Assembly (NCBI GenBank): GCA_030612725.1
Contig: JAUWNJ010000011.1
Location: 14,996 to 78,995, forward strand
From: Planctomycetales bacterium
GTDB lineage: Bacteria; Planctomycetota; Phycisphaerae; SM23-33
Reading direction: 5' to 3'
DNA: 64,000 nt
Positions 19,356 through 28,536 of the stretch are shown here, piece after piece. The notes beneath the pieces were generated by a model. That model did not search any database. It saw nothing but the letters and a program-made list of their open reading frames with translations, and was not told the DNA's origin. The translations under genes and the position numbers were made by a program. Position 1 is the stretch's first letter, and each line of letters begins with the position of its first letter.

Positions 19356-20706
19356 CGCGAACAGGAAAGAAACGATTCTCGTCGTAGATGACGTAGCGAA
19401 TACGACCGAAGTGTTGCAGCGGAATCTCACGGCCAAGGGCTACGAAGTTTTTACGGCTCCGGGTGTGGCCGAGGCGCTCATCGTAATTCAAACCACGCCT
19501 ATCGACCTGGTGATAACAGACCTCAAGATGCCCAAAGTCAACGGCCTGGACCTGGTGCGCCATGTCCGGGACAACTTCAAGGACACCGAGGTAATCATGA
19601 TTACCGGATACCCTTCCATTGAAGGGGCGGTCGAGGCGATCAAGATCGGAGCACAGGAGTACCTGCCGAAGCCTTTTACCGACGAGGAACTCTTTTCCGC
19701 CGTCCGGCGTGCGCTTGAGAGGCTCCACGCTCGCCGCGCCGGCCAGGCCTCGATAAGTCCGCCTTCCCGTGCGCTGCACGGACTGATCGGCGAATCCAAA
19801 CCCATGCAGGAAGTTTTCAAGGCCATAAGCAAAGCCGCCTCGGCTTCGGCGACGGTGCTCATTTCAGGGGAAAGCGGCACGGGCAAGGAACTCGTCGCCA
19901 GGGCGATTCATTACAACAGCCCCAGGGCTTCGGCGGCTTTTGTGCCGGTGAATTGCGGCGGTATTCCCGAAGGGCTTCTCGAAAGCGAGTTGTTCGGCTA
20001 TGTGAAAGGTGCATTCACCGGCGCTGACGAATCTCGCGCGGGCTTCTTTCAGACTGCCGACGGCGGCACGATTTTTCTCGACGAGATCAGTGAAACAACC
20101 CTGAATATGCAGGTCAAACTGCTTCGCGTGTTGCAGGACAGAGAGGTCTGCATGGTCGGCGCGAACCGCGGCAGGCAGATGGACGTGAGGGTTCTGGCAT
20201 CGACGAATAAATCGCTGCCGGACCTGGTCGCCAAAGGACTGTTCCGCGAGGACCTCTTCTTCCGTCTTAATATTCTCACCATCGAATTGCCGACCCTTCG
20301 GCAGCGCGGTGACGACATTCTGCTGCTGATCCACCATTTTGCCGCCAAGTACGCGAAGGAATCGGGCAGACCACCGCTGCGTTTCTCAGACGAGGCGTTG
20401 GGCGTCTTGAAAACCGGCTACCGCTGGCCCGGCAACGTGCGGGAGCTGGAGAACGTCATCCACCGCCTTGTAGTCATGACGGAGAGCGACTATATCGAGG
20501 TACCGGACCTGCCGGTGCCGTTCAGATTCTCCGCTGTCGGCGGAACGGACCTGACCCGCTCGCTGGCCGAAGCCGAAGCCGAGTACATCCGCGGCGTTCT
20601 TGCAAGCGTTGGTGGCAACAAGACCCAGGCCGCCAAAGTGCTACAAATCGACCGCAAGACGCTGCGGGAAAAACTGGCAAAAGCCGAAAATCAGTCAAAT
20701 CCATGA
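19348..20706 (+). CDS. sigma54-dependent response regulator (NtrC/AtoC family)
   Basis: The start MTDANRKETILVVDD overlaps the kinase stop (ATGA). It has a receiver domain, an AAA+ domain with GESGTGKE and GAFTGA, and a C-terminal Fis-type HTH (GGNKTQAAKVLQIDRKTLREKL). Confidence 0.9.
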   Translation: MTDANRKETILVVDDVANTTEVLQRNLTAKGYEVFTAPGVAEALIVIQTTPIDLVITDLKMPKVNGLDLVRHVRDNFKDTEVIMITGYPSIEGAVEAIKIGAQEYLPKPFTDEELFSAVRRALERLHARRAGQASISPPSRALHGLIGESKPMQEVFKAISKAASASATVLISGESGTGKELVARAIHYNSPRASAAFVPVNCGGIPEGLLESELFGYVKGAFTGADESRAGFFQTADGGTIFLDEISETTLNMQVKLLRVLQDREVCMVGANRGRQMDVRVLASTNKSLPDLVAKGLFREDLFFRLNILTIELPTLRQRGDDILLLIHHFAAKYAKESGRPPLRFSDEALGVLKTGYRWPGNVRELENVIHRLVVMTESDYIEVPDLPVPFRFSAVGGTDLTRSLAEAEAEYIRGVLASVGGNKTQAAKVLQIDRKTLREKLAKAENQSNP

Positions 20707-20988
20707 TCACACCAAAGGTGCTCCGTTACGCCGGAAAAGGGATATGCGTAATGGGCATCCTGGTGTATATTGCCTGTAACGTTTTCGTTCACAAGGGAAG
20801 CAAGAGTGTTTTTGTGCGCTCCTCCGGGAACAGAAACACGGGTACGGGTAGCGTTCCCATGTTTAAGGTCAATCCTGCGGCGTCGTCCTGCCGTGAGCGA
20901 AAAGAAAAGTCTCATCTCACATGGATTTCCTTCCCCGCGAGCGATACAATTCACACCAACAGAAAAGACAAACTATCAGAGGTGCGAC

Positions 20989-22863
20989 ATGCTGAAGAAA
21001 ACATCACTGATAAAGGTGACAATGATGCTGCTTATAACCAATCAAATCCTTGCCGAGGGTCCCGTCAAACCTCCAACGGCCCAGACCGCGCTGGCGACTC
21101 TCAACAAGGCGCATCCCCGGCTGATTCTGACCGATAAGCGTCTGGCCGAGTTGAAGGAGTTGATGAAGCGTGATCCGCTGCTGAAGAAATGTTACGAGGA
21201 CGTGATAAAGCAGGCGGATGAGTATTGCACCGCGGCGCCTCTGAAGTATCGCGTCTCGAATGCGGACGGCGTTCGCCTCCTTTGGGTTAGCCGGGCGTGC
21301 GTCAGTCGCGTCTATACCCTCGGTCTGGCCTGGCGTCTGACAGGCGATGAGAAATACGCCGCCAAGGCCAAGGAAAATCTCCTGACCGTCTGCGCGTTCA
21401 AGGATTGGAACCCGCTGCATTTTCTCGACACTGCCGAGATGTCCCACGGCGTCGGCGTCGGGTACGACTGGCTGTATCATTATCTCGACGCCGAGTCGCG
21501 CGAAAAGATACGCACCGGTCTGATTACCAACGGTCTGAAGCCGGGACTGGTGCAGTACAAAGGCGAAGGAACCTGGCGGGTAAATTCGTATTTCAACTGG
21601 AACCAGGTCTGCAACGGCGGGCTGATTGTCGGGGCGTTGGCTATCGCGGAGACCGACCCTAAATACGCCGAGGTGATTATCCCCGGCGCGGTGAAGTTCC
21701 TGCCGAACGCCCTTTCGACCTACGCCCCCGACGGCGCCTGGCCGGAAGGACCGGGATATTGGAATTACGCCACCAGCCACACGGTCTATGGTCTGGCGGC
21801 ACTGAACACAGCCTTGGGGACGGACTTCGGACTCTCGAAAATGAAGGGTTTGTCGGAGACCGGTCTGTTCCCTATCTATATAACCGGTTCGACAAATCTG
21901 TATTTCAATTTCGCCGATGTCGGCACCAACCTCGGCAGCAGCAGGGAAAACATTCCATGCCTCTTCTGGCTGGCGCGAAAATTCAACAAGCCCTTCCTCG
22001 CCAAGGCAGAGCGCGAAATGCTCACAAAACGCAATGCCTTCCCGCTGGACTTTATCTGGTACGTCCCGGCGGCTAAGTCGCCGGCGCCGAGTCTCGATAA
22101 GTATTTCCGCGGACCTGTCGAGGTGGCAGTCTTCCGAAGCGCCTGGGACGATCCGAACGCCCTGTTCGTCGGCGTCAAAGCCGGGTTCAACCAGGTCAAT
22201 CATGGCCATCTGGACCTGGGAACATTCGTGATCGACGCGCTCGGCGTCCGCTGGGCGCGCGACCTGGGAAGGGAAAACTACAACCTGCCCGGATACTGGA
22301 ACAAGGGCAAGAACGCCAAACGATGGACCTACTACCGTATCAGTTCCTTCGCCCACAACGTCCCGGTCCTCGGCGGGAAGAACCAGGACGTGAAGGCCGA
22401 GACGAAGATTACGAAATTCAAAAGCACCCCGGCGAAAGGCTTCGCCGTTCTGGATTTAACCTCTGCCTACAAGGATTTCGCCAAAAAGGTAACCCGCGGC
22501 GTGTCCATCGTCGAGAACCGCCGAGCCGTTCTTGTCCAGGATGAGTTCGAGATTACAAAGCCCTGCGAGGTGGCATGGGGCATGACGACGGACGCGAAAA
22601 TCGTCGCCGACAAAAAAGGCGGAGCGGTCCTGACTATCGGCAAGAAGAAGATGACGGCACAAATACTTTCGCCTGCCGGTGCGGTATTCACGGTCGAGTC
22701 GGCCGAGCAGGAGCCTCCGCTGTATCCCAATAAGGGAATCAAACGTCTGGTAATCCGCCTGAAGGATCAGAAAGGTCCCTTGCGAATTACCGTATTCTTT
22801 GCGCCCCTCCGGCCTGACGGCGGACCGTTAACGCCAAAGGTCAAGGCTTTGGATCAGTGGTGA
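20989..22863 (+). CDS. heparinase II/III-like polysaccharide lyase, secreted
   Basis: Signal peptide MLKKTSLIKVTMMLLITNQILAEG at the internal ATG 20989. It has an N-terminal alginate-lyase/DUF4962-like (alpha/alpha) region and the C-terminal NHGHLDLGTFVIDALGVRWARDLG motif typical of heparinase II/III. Confidence 0.75.
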   Translation: MLKKTSLIKVTMMLLITNQILAEGPVKPPTAQTALATLNKAHPRLILTDKRLAELKELMKRDPLLKKCYEDVIKQADEYCTAAPLKYRVSNADGVRLLWVSRACVSRVYTLGLAWRLTGDEKYAAKAKENLLTVCAFKDWNPLHFLDTAEMSHGVGVGYDWLYHYLDAESREKIRTGLITNGLKPGLVQYKGEGTWRVNSYFNWNQVCNGGLIVGALAIAETDPKYAEVIIPGAVKFLPNALSTYAPDGAWPEGPGYWNYATSHTVYGLAALNTALGTDFGLSKMKGLSETGLFPIYITGSTNLYFNFADVGTNLGSSRENIPCLFWLARKFNKPFLAKAEREMLTKRNAFPLDFIWYVPAAKSPAPSLDKYFRGPVEVAVFRSAWDDPNALFVGVKAGFNQVNHGHLDLGTFVIDALGVRWARDLGRENYNLPGYWNKGKNAKRWTYYRISSFAHNVPVLGGKNQDVKAETKITKFKSTPAKGFAVLDLTSAYKDFAKKVTRGVSIVENRRAVLVQDEFEITKPCEVAWGMTTDAKIVADKKGGAVLTIGKKKMTAQILSPAGAVFTVESAEQEPPLYPNKGIKRLVIRLKDQKGPLRITVFFAPLRPDGGPLTPKVKALDQW

Positions 22864-23012
22864 TGCTGATTCGATTACGACAATGCAGCCTGGTTCTGAA
22901 AACATGGGGAAACATGGGAAACGCTACCCATGTTTATGTTTCAGCTTGCTGAGTGCGATTACGTTCGATCCGCGAAGGCTGCGGCCTGGCGAGATGGACA
23001 TTGCGAGAGATC

Positions 23013-24368
23013 ATGACGACACGACTTGCACAACTGGACGTTGACCTCGGCGAAAAGGCCGGCGAGATCCGGGCGCTGCACGGCGTGAACCTCGGGCCGA
23101 TCCAGAATAACGGAAGCATGGACCTGTCCGAGTGCTTCAAGGAGCTCGCCTTTCCTTCCGTTCGCCTGCACGACTGCCCCTACGTGGTGGCCGATACGGT
23201 GGACGTGCACTGCATCTTTCCCATCTTCGACGCCGACGCTGACGACCCCGGCAACTATCGTTTCGCGCCGACCGACGATTACATCCAGGCGATTCTCGAC
23301 ACCGGCTCGCAGATCGCCTACCGGCTGGGCGAGAGCATCGAGCACCACACGCGGCGCAAGTACTTCGTCCACCCGCCCAGGGACTTCCAGAAGTGGGCGG
23401 CGATATGCGTCAATATCATCCGCCACTACAACGACGGATGGGCGAACGGTTTCCGGCACAACATTCGCTATTGGGAGATATGGAACGAGCCTTGGCTGCA
23501 CCCGAAGTGCTGGACGGGAACGCACGAGCAATACTACCACCTGTACGAAATCGCCGCCAAGACGATCAAGGCCCACGACGCGAACCTGATGGTCGGCGGG
23601 CCGGCGGCGGCCGGCGGCAAGCCCTCGCCGTTCGCTGAAGGATTTCTCGAGCACTGCCGGAGGACCGACGCGCCGCTGGACTTCTACAGTTGGCACAACT
23701 ACACGCCCGAGCCGTTGGACATTACCGAAGACGCTGTGGCGTGCAAGAAGATGCTCGCGCGGTACGGTTTCGACAAGACCGAGTCCCACCTGAACGAATG
23801 GAATTATCTCCCGGCCGAGGGGTGGACTTTCCATGGCGCAGGCAAGGCGCCCGAGATGATGCGCCGCGCGTTCGCCGAGATCGGCGGGGCGTACGGCGCA
23901 GCCTTTACGGCGGCAATGCTCATCTACATGCAGGACTGTCCGATCGACATGGCTAACTTCTACTGGGCACGCGTCGGGCGTTGGGGTTTCCTCGACCAGT
24001 ATGGGGCGCCGCGGAAGAATTTCTGGGCATTCAAGGCGTTCCGATCGCTTCTGGACCACGCGAAGCGCGTCCGAACGACGCCGAACGACCCCCACACCGG
24101 ATACGCTCTGCTTGCGGGTCTGGCCGAGACGCATGAGGCGGCCATGTTGCTGGTTAATTGCCGGGCGAGGGAACACACATTCGTGGTAACCCTCAGAAAT
24201 TGGCCGTGGAAAGGCAAGGCCGTCTGCAAGCGGTATGTGCTGGACCATGCCCGCGATCTCGTCCTGACCGGGCAGGATACGCTGGAAGAGAACAACGCCA
24301 CCGTGAGGGTGCCGATGCTCGCTCCGTCCTTTTGCTACATGACGCTCACACCGGACGGGAAAGACTGA
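23013..24368 (+). CDS. glycoside hydrolase, TIM-barrel clan GH-A (GH39-like)
   Basis: The acid/base region is IRYWEIWNEPW, and the later NEWNY is a candidate nucleophile region. About 450 aa with no signal peptide. The family assignment is approximate. Confidence 0.55.
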   Translation: MTTRLAQLDVDLGEKAGEIRALHGVNLGPIQNNGSMDLSECFKELAFPSVRLHDCPYVVADTVDVHCIFPIFDADADDPGNYRFAPTDDYIQAILDTGSQIAYRLGESIEHHTRRKYFVHPPRDFQKWAAICVNIIRHYNDGWANGFRHNIRYWEIWNEPWLHPKCWTGTHEQYYHLYEIAAKTIKAHDANLMVGGPAAAGGKPSPFAEGFLEHCRRTDAPLDFYSWHNYTPEPLDITEDAVACKKMLARYGFDKTESHLNEWNYLPAEGWTFHGAGKAPEMMRRAFAEIGGAYGAAFTAAMLIYMQDCPIDMANFYWARVGRWGFLDQYGAPRKNFWAFKAFRSLLDHAKRVRTTPNDPHTGYALLAGLAETHEAAMLLVNCRAREHTFVVTLRNWPWKGKAVCKRYVLDHARDLVLTGQDTLEENNATVRVPMLAPSFCYMTLTPDGKD

Positions 24369-24558
24369 GGGGCGAGCGCATCGAACATGGGGAGTTTCGC
24401 CCCGGTGGTTCAAAATTCCCCGTCCTGCTGCTCGTCTGAGTTTGTCTTGTATCCCTTCCCTATACACATTCCTGGGAATTTCTCCACAAACCATTAGCCC
24501 GTGTTTTCGGGACTTTTATGCTCAATCCGCCGCGCCCTCCGACACGCCGCAAGAGAGA

Positions 24559-24574
24559 TGGCATACGACTTGCC
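24559..24574 (+). promoter_or_regulatory. sigma54 (-24/-12) promoter candidate
   Basis: TGGCATacgacTTGCC: GG and GC have the exact consensus spacing of TGGCAC-N5-TTGCW. It lies about 120 nt upstream of the first gene (24693) of the NuoEF/GltB-like cluster. A sigma54 activator is encoded 4 kb upstream. Confidence 0.55.
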
Positions 24575-24692
24575 TATATCTACATGCAGAAGGTTGGATT
24601 TCAGTTTTTGATGTCGCTAGCAGCGATTCGAAGCAAGTGAAAAACGCCGGTCAGGACGTTGGAAATTTGCTGCATACGAGGAGACTATTATT

Positions 24693-25034
24693 ATGTCGAG
24701 AAAGCATCCCGGCCCCAGCCCCACAGACATTCCCCAAAGCGTTTCAGGGAGAGCCTCACCTTCCGGGACACACCTGGACCTTTGCTCGACGTGCAATCAC
24801 GCAAAGACGTGCAGCAACTGCGGCACGCCGGAGCGTCCCATCCTCTTCTGTGAGCAGTTCGAAGACTCCGTCTCTGTATCAGCCTCCGCGCCGGCCTCCG
24901 GATTGCCGGAAAAGCCGGAAAGTGAACAAGACGCCGGCCAATACAAGGGGCTGTGCGTGAACTGTGAAAATCGTCAATCCTGCACTATGGCAAAGCAGGC
25001 TGGCGGAGTCTGGCATTGCGAGGAGTATCGGTAG
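24693..25034 (+). CDS. small Cys-rich protein with an internally duplicated C-x2-C-x5-C...C-E-x-(F/Y) motif
   Basis: 113 aa. LCSTCNHAKTCSNCGTPERPILFCEQFE and LCVNCENRQSCTMAKQAGGVWHCEEYR are separated by a low-complexity linker. RBS gaggag. Its stop abuts the next ATG. Confidence 0.5.
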   Translation: MSRKHPGPSPTDIPQSVSGRASPSGTHLDLCSTCNHAKTCSNCGTPERPILFCEQFEDSVSVSASAPASGLPEKPESEQDAGQYKGLCVNCENRQSCTMAKQAGGVWHCEEYR

Positions 25035-25035
25035 A

Positions 25036-25905
25036 ATGAATCAGGCTGCGACAACGGAAAGCGAAAAGGACATCCTGGAAATCCTGGCAAAGCACGGCGA
25101 CGACCAGGGAGGGCTGATCGCCATCCTTGAAGAGATACAGGCCCGGCATGGTTATCTTCCCGAAGATGCGCTCAGGACGGTGGCCGACGAAACGGGTCGA
25201 TCTCTGGTGGACATATACGGCGTCGCCACGTTCTACCATTCTTTCAGCCTCGAGCCGCGCGGCAAACATCTCGTCTCCGTGTGCGTCGGTACTGCCTGTC
25301 ACGTCCGCGGCGCGCCGATGATTGCCGAGGAATTCGAGCGGCAACTAGGCGTCGGGGCTGGTGAAACCACGCCGGACAGGGAATTCACGCTGCAAACGGT
25401 GAACTGCCTGGGCGCGTGTGCGCTCGGTCCGATTGTCGTTGTGGACGGCCATTACTTCTCCAACGTAAAACCGAGCAAGGTGGCCGGGATAATCGCCAGG
25501 ACGCGGGAGGGTCTGGACGAGATCGAGGTTGAAACCGACGAGCGTGTCTTCCCCCTGGAAGTCAACTGCCCGCACTGCAACCACAGCCTGATGGACCCGG
25601 CCCGGCCCATTGACGGCCTGCCGTCGATCCGGTTAACGATTTCTTTCGATAATCAGCACTGTGGATTCAACCGCTCCTGTCTCTATGGTAGTTTTCATAT
25701 CAAGTCGCAGATCGATATCCCGACCGATACGGTTCTCTACTTCTTCTGTCCCCACTGTTATGCGGAACTTGTGAGCGCCTCGAACTGCACGGAATGCGGT
25801 GCGCCGATGGTCCCGATGGTCCTCCGCGCCGGTGGGATGATGCAGGTCTGCTCGCGCCGAGGATGCAAATCGCATCGACTGGACCTGGAGGGCGTCCATG
25901 TTTAA
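25036..25905 (+). CDS. NuoE/HoxE-like [2Fe-2S] thioredoxin-fold subunit with a C-terminal Cys-rich (zinc-ribbon-like) extension
   Basis: The internal start MNQAATTE follows the upstream stop. 2Fe-2S ligands are in CVGTACHVRGA ... VNCLGACALGP. An extra ~120 aa tail carries CPHCNHSL, CPHCYAEL, CTECGAPM and CSRRGC. Confidence 0.85.
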   Translation: MNQAATTESEKDILEILAKHGDDQGGLIAILEEIQARHGYLPEDALRTVADETGRSLVDIYGVATFYHSFSLEPRGKHLVSVCVGTACHVRGAPMIAEEFERQLGVGAGETTPDREFTLQTVNCLGACALGPIVVVDGHYFSNVKPSKVAGIIARTREGLDEIEVETDERVFPLEVNCPHCNHSLMDPARPIDGLPSIRLTISFDNQHCGFNRSCLYGSFHIKSQIDIPTDTVLYFFCPHCYAELVSASNCTECGAPMVPMVLRAGGMMQVCSRRGCKSHRLDLEGVHV

Positions 25906-25959
25906 TCGTCGAACCCGTTCACTCCTGCAAACGCACAAAAGCACAGGGTTATATTACAA

Positions 25960-27810
25960 ATGCTGAAATTGAAATCACTTGACGACTTCAGGACGCTTCA
26001 GGACAGGTTGCGAACCGGCCGGGATAGCGATATTCCCACCATTGTCATTCCTGCAGGAACTTGCGGCCAGGCCAGCGGCGCCAGCGACATCATCCGCGTG
26101 GCAAAGCGCGAAATCCTCGCAAAAGAACTGACCGGAAAAGTCAAACTTCGAATCACCGGTTGCCACGGATTCTGCCAGATCGAACCTTCCGTACTGATCG
26201 AACCGGCCCGTACGGTCTATCCCAACGTCGGCCTGAAGGAGATGGCGCGGATCGTTGAGGCTGTGGCGAAAGGCGAGGTGCTTACAGACCTTCTTTTGAA
26301 GGATCCCCAAACCGGCGAGCAGATCGAAAAGCAGGACGACCTCCCGTTTTTCAGTAAACAGGTTCGGACGTTGCTTGACCGAAACGAGAAAGTCGATCCC
26401 ATCCGGGTTTATAACTACCTGGAACATGGCGGATACAGTTCTCTTGTCAAGGCGCTTGATAAGCGTAACCCCGCGTGGGTGATAGAGCAGGTGAAGGCTT
26501 CGGGTTTGCGAGGCCGGGGCGGCGCAGGGTTCCCAACGGGATTGAAGTGGGAAATGCTGGCCAAACAGCCCAACGGCCGAGAGAAGTTTCTCGTTTGTAA
26601 CGCCGACGAAGGCGATCCGGGCGCATACATGGACCGCAGCGTACTCGAGGGCAATCCGCACAGCATCATCGAAGGCATGCTTATCGGCGCTTACGGCACC
26701 GGCTCCAAACACGGGGTGATATACGTCCGCAATGAATACCCGCTTGCCATCAAACATCTCATCATCGCGCTTCGCCAGGCGTCGGAACTAAGCCTTCTGG
26801 GCGAGAACATCCTCGGTACGGGATTTTCCTTCGATATTCAGATTGTTCGAGGCGCAGGTGCGTTCGTCTGCGGCGAGGAGACCGCGCTGATTCGGTCAAT
26901 CGAAGGCAAGATGGGCGAGCCGCGTCAGCGACCGCCGTTCCCCATCCAAAAAGGCATCGACGGAAAACCCACTGCCATCAACAACGTCGAAACGTGGGCG
27001 AATATCCCGGTTATCATCGACAGTGAAGCCGAGGCGTTTGCGAAAACCGGAACGAAAAACAACTCCGGTACGAAGATTTTCAGCTTGGTCGGAAAGATCA
27101 GGAATACCGGCCTTGTCGAAGTACCGATGGGCATCACGATAGAAGAGATCGTCTATGACATCGGCGGTGGACCGTCGGGCAAAGCCAAAATCAAGGCAGT
27201 GCAGACAGGCGGACCGTCGGGCGGTTGCATACCCGCCGACAAGTTCGACCTTGCCGTCGATTACGACAGTTTGACCGAGGCCGGTTCGATTATGGGTTCC
27301 GGCGGCATGATCGTCATGGACGAGAACACCTGCATGGTCGATGTCGCCAAATACTTCATGAATTTCCTCAAAGACGAGTCATGCGGAAAGTGCTTCACCT
27401 GCCGCAAGGGCACGCAGCGGATGTACGAAATTCTCGACGATATTTCAGCCGGCAAAGGCACACCGGAGCACCTGGACCTTCTTGAAGAACTCGCAGTCGT
27501 AGTCAGAGATACGACGATGTGCGGCCTCGGGCAGACAGCGCCGAATCCCGTACTTTCCACATTGCGATACTTCCGGGACGAATATCTCGAACACATTGAA
27601 AATAAGCGATGCCCGGCAGGCGTGTGCAGGGAACTTATCCACTATTCGATTAATGAAAACTGCGTGGGATGCCAGGCCTGCGTCAAAGCCTGCCCGGAAG
27701 GTGCGATTACGGGTGAGAAAAAACAACCCCACACGATTGACGCCGACAAGTGTATCAAGTGCGGCGCGTGCAGGAGCGTCTGTAAATTCGAGGCAGTGGA
27801 CGTAACGTAG
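25960..27810 (+). CDS. NuoF/HydB-like NAD(H)- and FMN-binding Fe-S subunit with a C-terminal 2x[4Fe-4S] ferredoxin domain
   Basis: 616 aa. FMN site GRGGAGFPTGLKW, N3 cluster CGKCFTCRKG, an N-terminal thioredoxin-like domain (CHGFCQ), and C-terminal CVGCQACVKACP / CIKCGACRSVC. Confidence 0.9.
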   Translation: MLKLKSLDDFRTLQDRLRTGRDSDIPTIVIPAGTCGQASGASDIIRVAKREILAKELTGKVKLRITGCHGFCQIEPSVLIEPARTVYPNVGLKEMARIVEAVAKGEVLTDLLLKDPQTGEQIEKQDDLPFFSKQVRTLLDRNEKVDPIRVYNYLEHGGYSSLVKALDKRNPAWVIEQVKASGLRGRGGAGFPTGLKWEMLAKQPNGREKFLVCNADEGDPGAYMDRSVLEGNPHSIIEGMLIGAYGTGSKHGVIYVRNEYPLAIKHLIIALRQASELSLLGENILGTGFSFDIQIVRGAGAFVCGEETALIRSIEGKMGEPRQRPPFPIQKGIDGKPTAINNVETWANIPVIIDSEAEAFAKTGTKNNSGTKIFSLVGKIRNTGLVEVPMGITIEEIVYDIGGGPSGKAKIKAVQTGGPSGGCIPADKFDLAVDYDSLTEAGSIMGSGGMIVMDENTCMVDVAKYFMNFLKDESCGKCFTCRKGTQRMYEILDDISAGKGTPEHLDLLEELAVVVRDTTMCGLGQTAPNPVLSTLRYFRDEYLEHIENKRCPAGVCRELIHYSINENCVGCQACVKACPEGAITGEKKQPHTIDADKCIKCGACRSVCKFEAVDVT

Positions 27811-27834
27811 CGTCTTGAAGGAATAGAGATACCG

Positions 27835-28515
27835 ATGATTAATCTTGTCATTAACGGATTGAACGTTTCAGTCGAAGATGGCAGCACCGTGCTGGAAGCG
27901 GCGCGGTTTTTGGGATTTTCCATCCCGACGCTCTGCCACGTGGACGGCCTGTCGCCCTACGGTGCTTGCCGGCTGTGCGTGGTGGAGATAGGAGAAGGTC
28001 CCAGGGCAAAACTCGTCTCCTCCTGCACATACCCAGCCGAAGAGGGCCTGAAGGTCCGCACCGCGTCGGCGCGCGTGATTCGCGCGCGAAAGATGATTCT
28101 CGAACTCCTGCTGGCCTCCTGCCCGCAATCCAAAACGATACAGGACCTTGCCGCCGCACACGATGTGCGTCAGCAGCGGTTCAAACAGGAATATGAGGAT
28201 TGCATCCTTTGCGGGCTGTGCGTGCGGATGTGTGAAGAGCAGATGATGGCCAAGGCCATCGGCTTCCGCGGCAGGGGCGAGAAGAGAAGCATCGGAACGC
28301 CGTTTGACATCAAATCGGACGTCTGCCGGCTGTGCGGCGCCTGCATGTATATATGCCCCGCCTGCCAGTTGCGATGTACTTACAACGAACCGGAAAAAGC
28401 AATCTGCGGCGCTTGTGCAAATCTCGCCCCACCTTGTGTTGAGAAAGACCAGTTCGACGACATGATGTGCTATATGGACCCTTGCGTCGCCTGCGAGATA
28501 CAAAAAGACAAATAA
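27835..28515 (+). CDS. [2Fe-2S] plus 2x[4Fe-4S] ferredoxin-type subunit (like the N-terminal part of NuoG/HydA, with no catalytic domain)
   Basis: 226 aa. It opens MINLVINGLNVSVEDGSTVLEAA...CHVDGLSPYGACRLCVVEI and then has CILCGLCVRMCE and CRLCGACMYICP. Confidence 0.8.
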   Translation: MINLVINGLNVSVEDGSTVLEAARFLGFSIPTLCHVDGLSPYGACRLCVVEIGEGPRAKLVSSCTYPAEEGLKVRTASARVIRARKMILELLLASCPQSKTIQDLAAAHDVRQQRFKQEYEDCILCGLCVRMCEEQMMAKAIGFRGRGEKRSIGTPFDIKSDVCRLCGACMYICPACQLRCTYNEPEKAICGACANLAPPCVEKDQFDDMMCYMDPCVACEIQKDK

Positions 28516-28536
28516 GAAAAGAAGGAGTCAAATATA

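Noticed and set aside
21004-22356. 450-aa minus-strand ORF
   Set aside because: It is antisense to the heparinase II/III-like gene, which has a signal peptide and family motifs. There is no RBS or domain signal on the minus frame.
22959-24494. 511-aa minus-strand ORF
   Set aside because: It is antisense to the GH39-like gene. It is Arg/Pro/Gly-rich with no motifs. The plus-strand frame carries the WEIWNEP glycosidase signature.
24655-24675. Second sigma54-like element ttggaaatttgctgcat closer to the ATG at 24693
   Set aside because: The GG to GC spacing is one nucleotide short of the -24/-12 consensus. The upstream element at 24559-24574 fits exactly.
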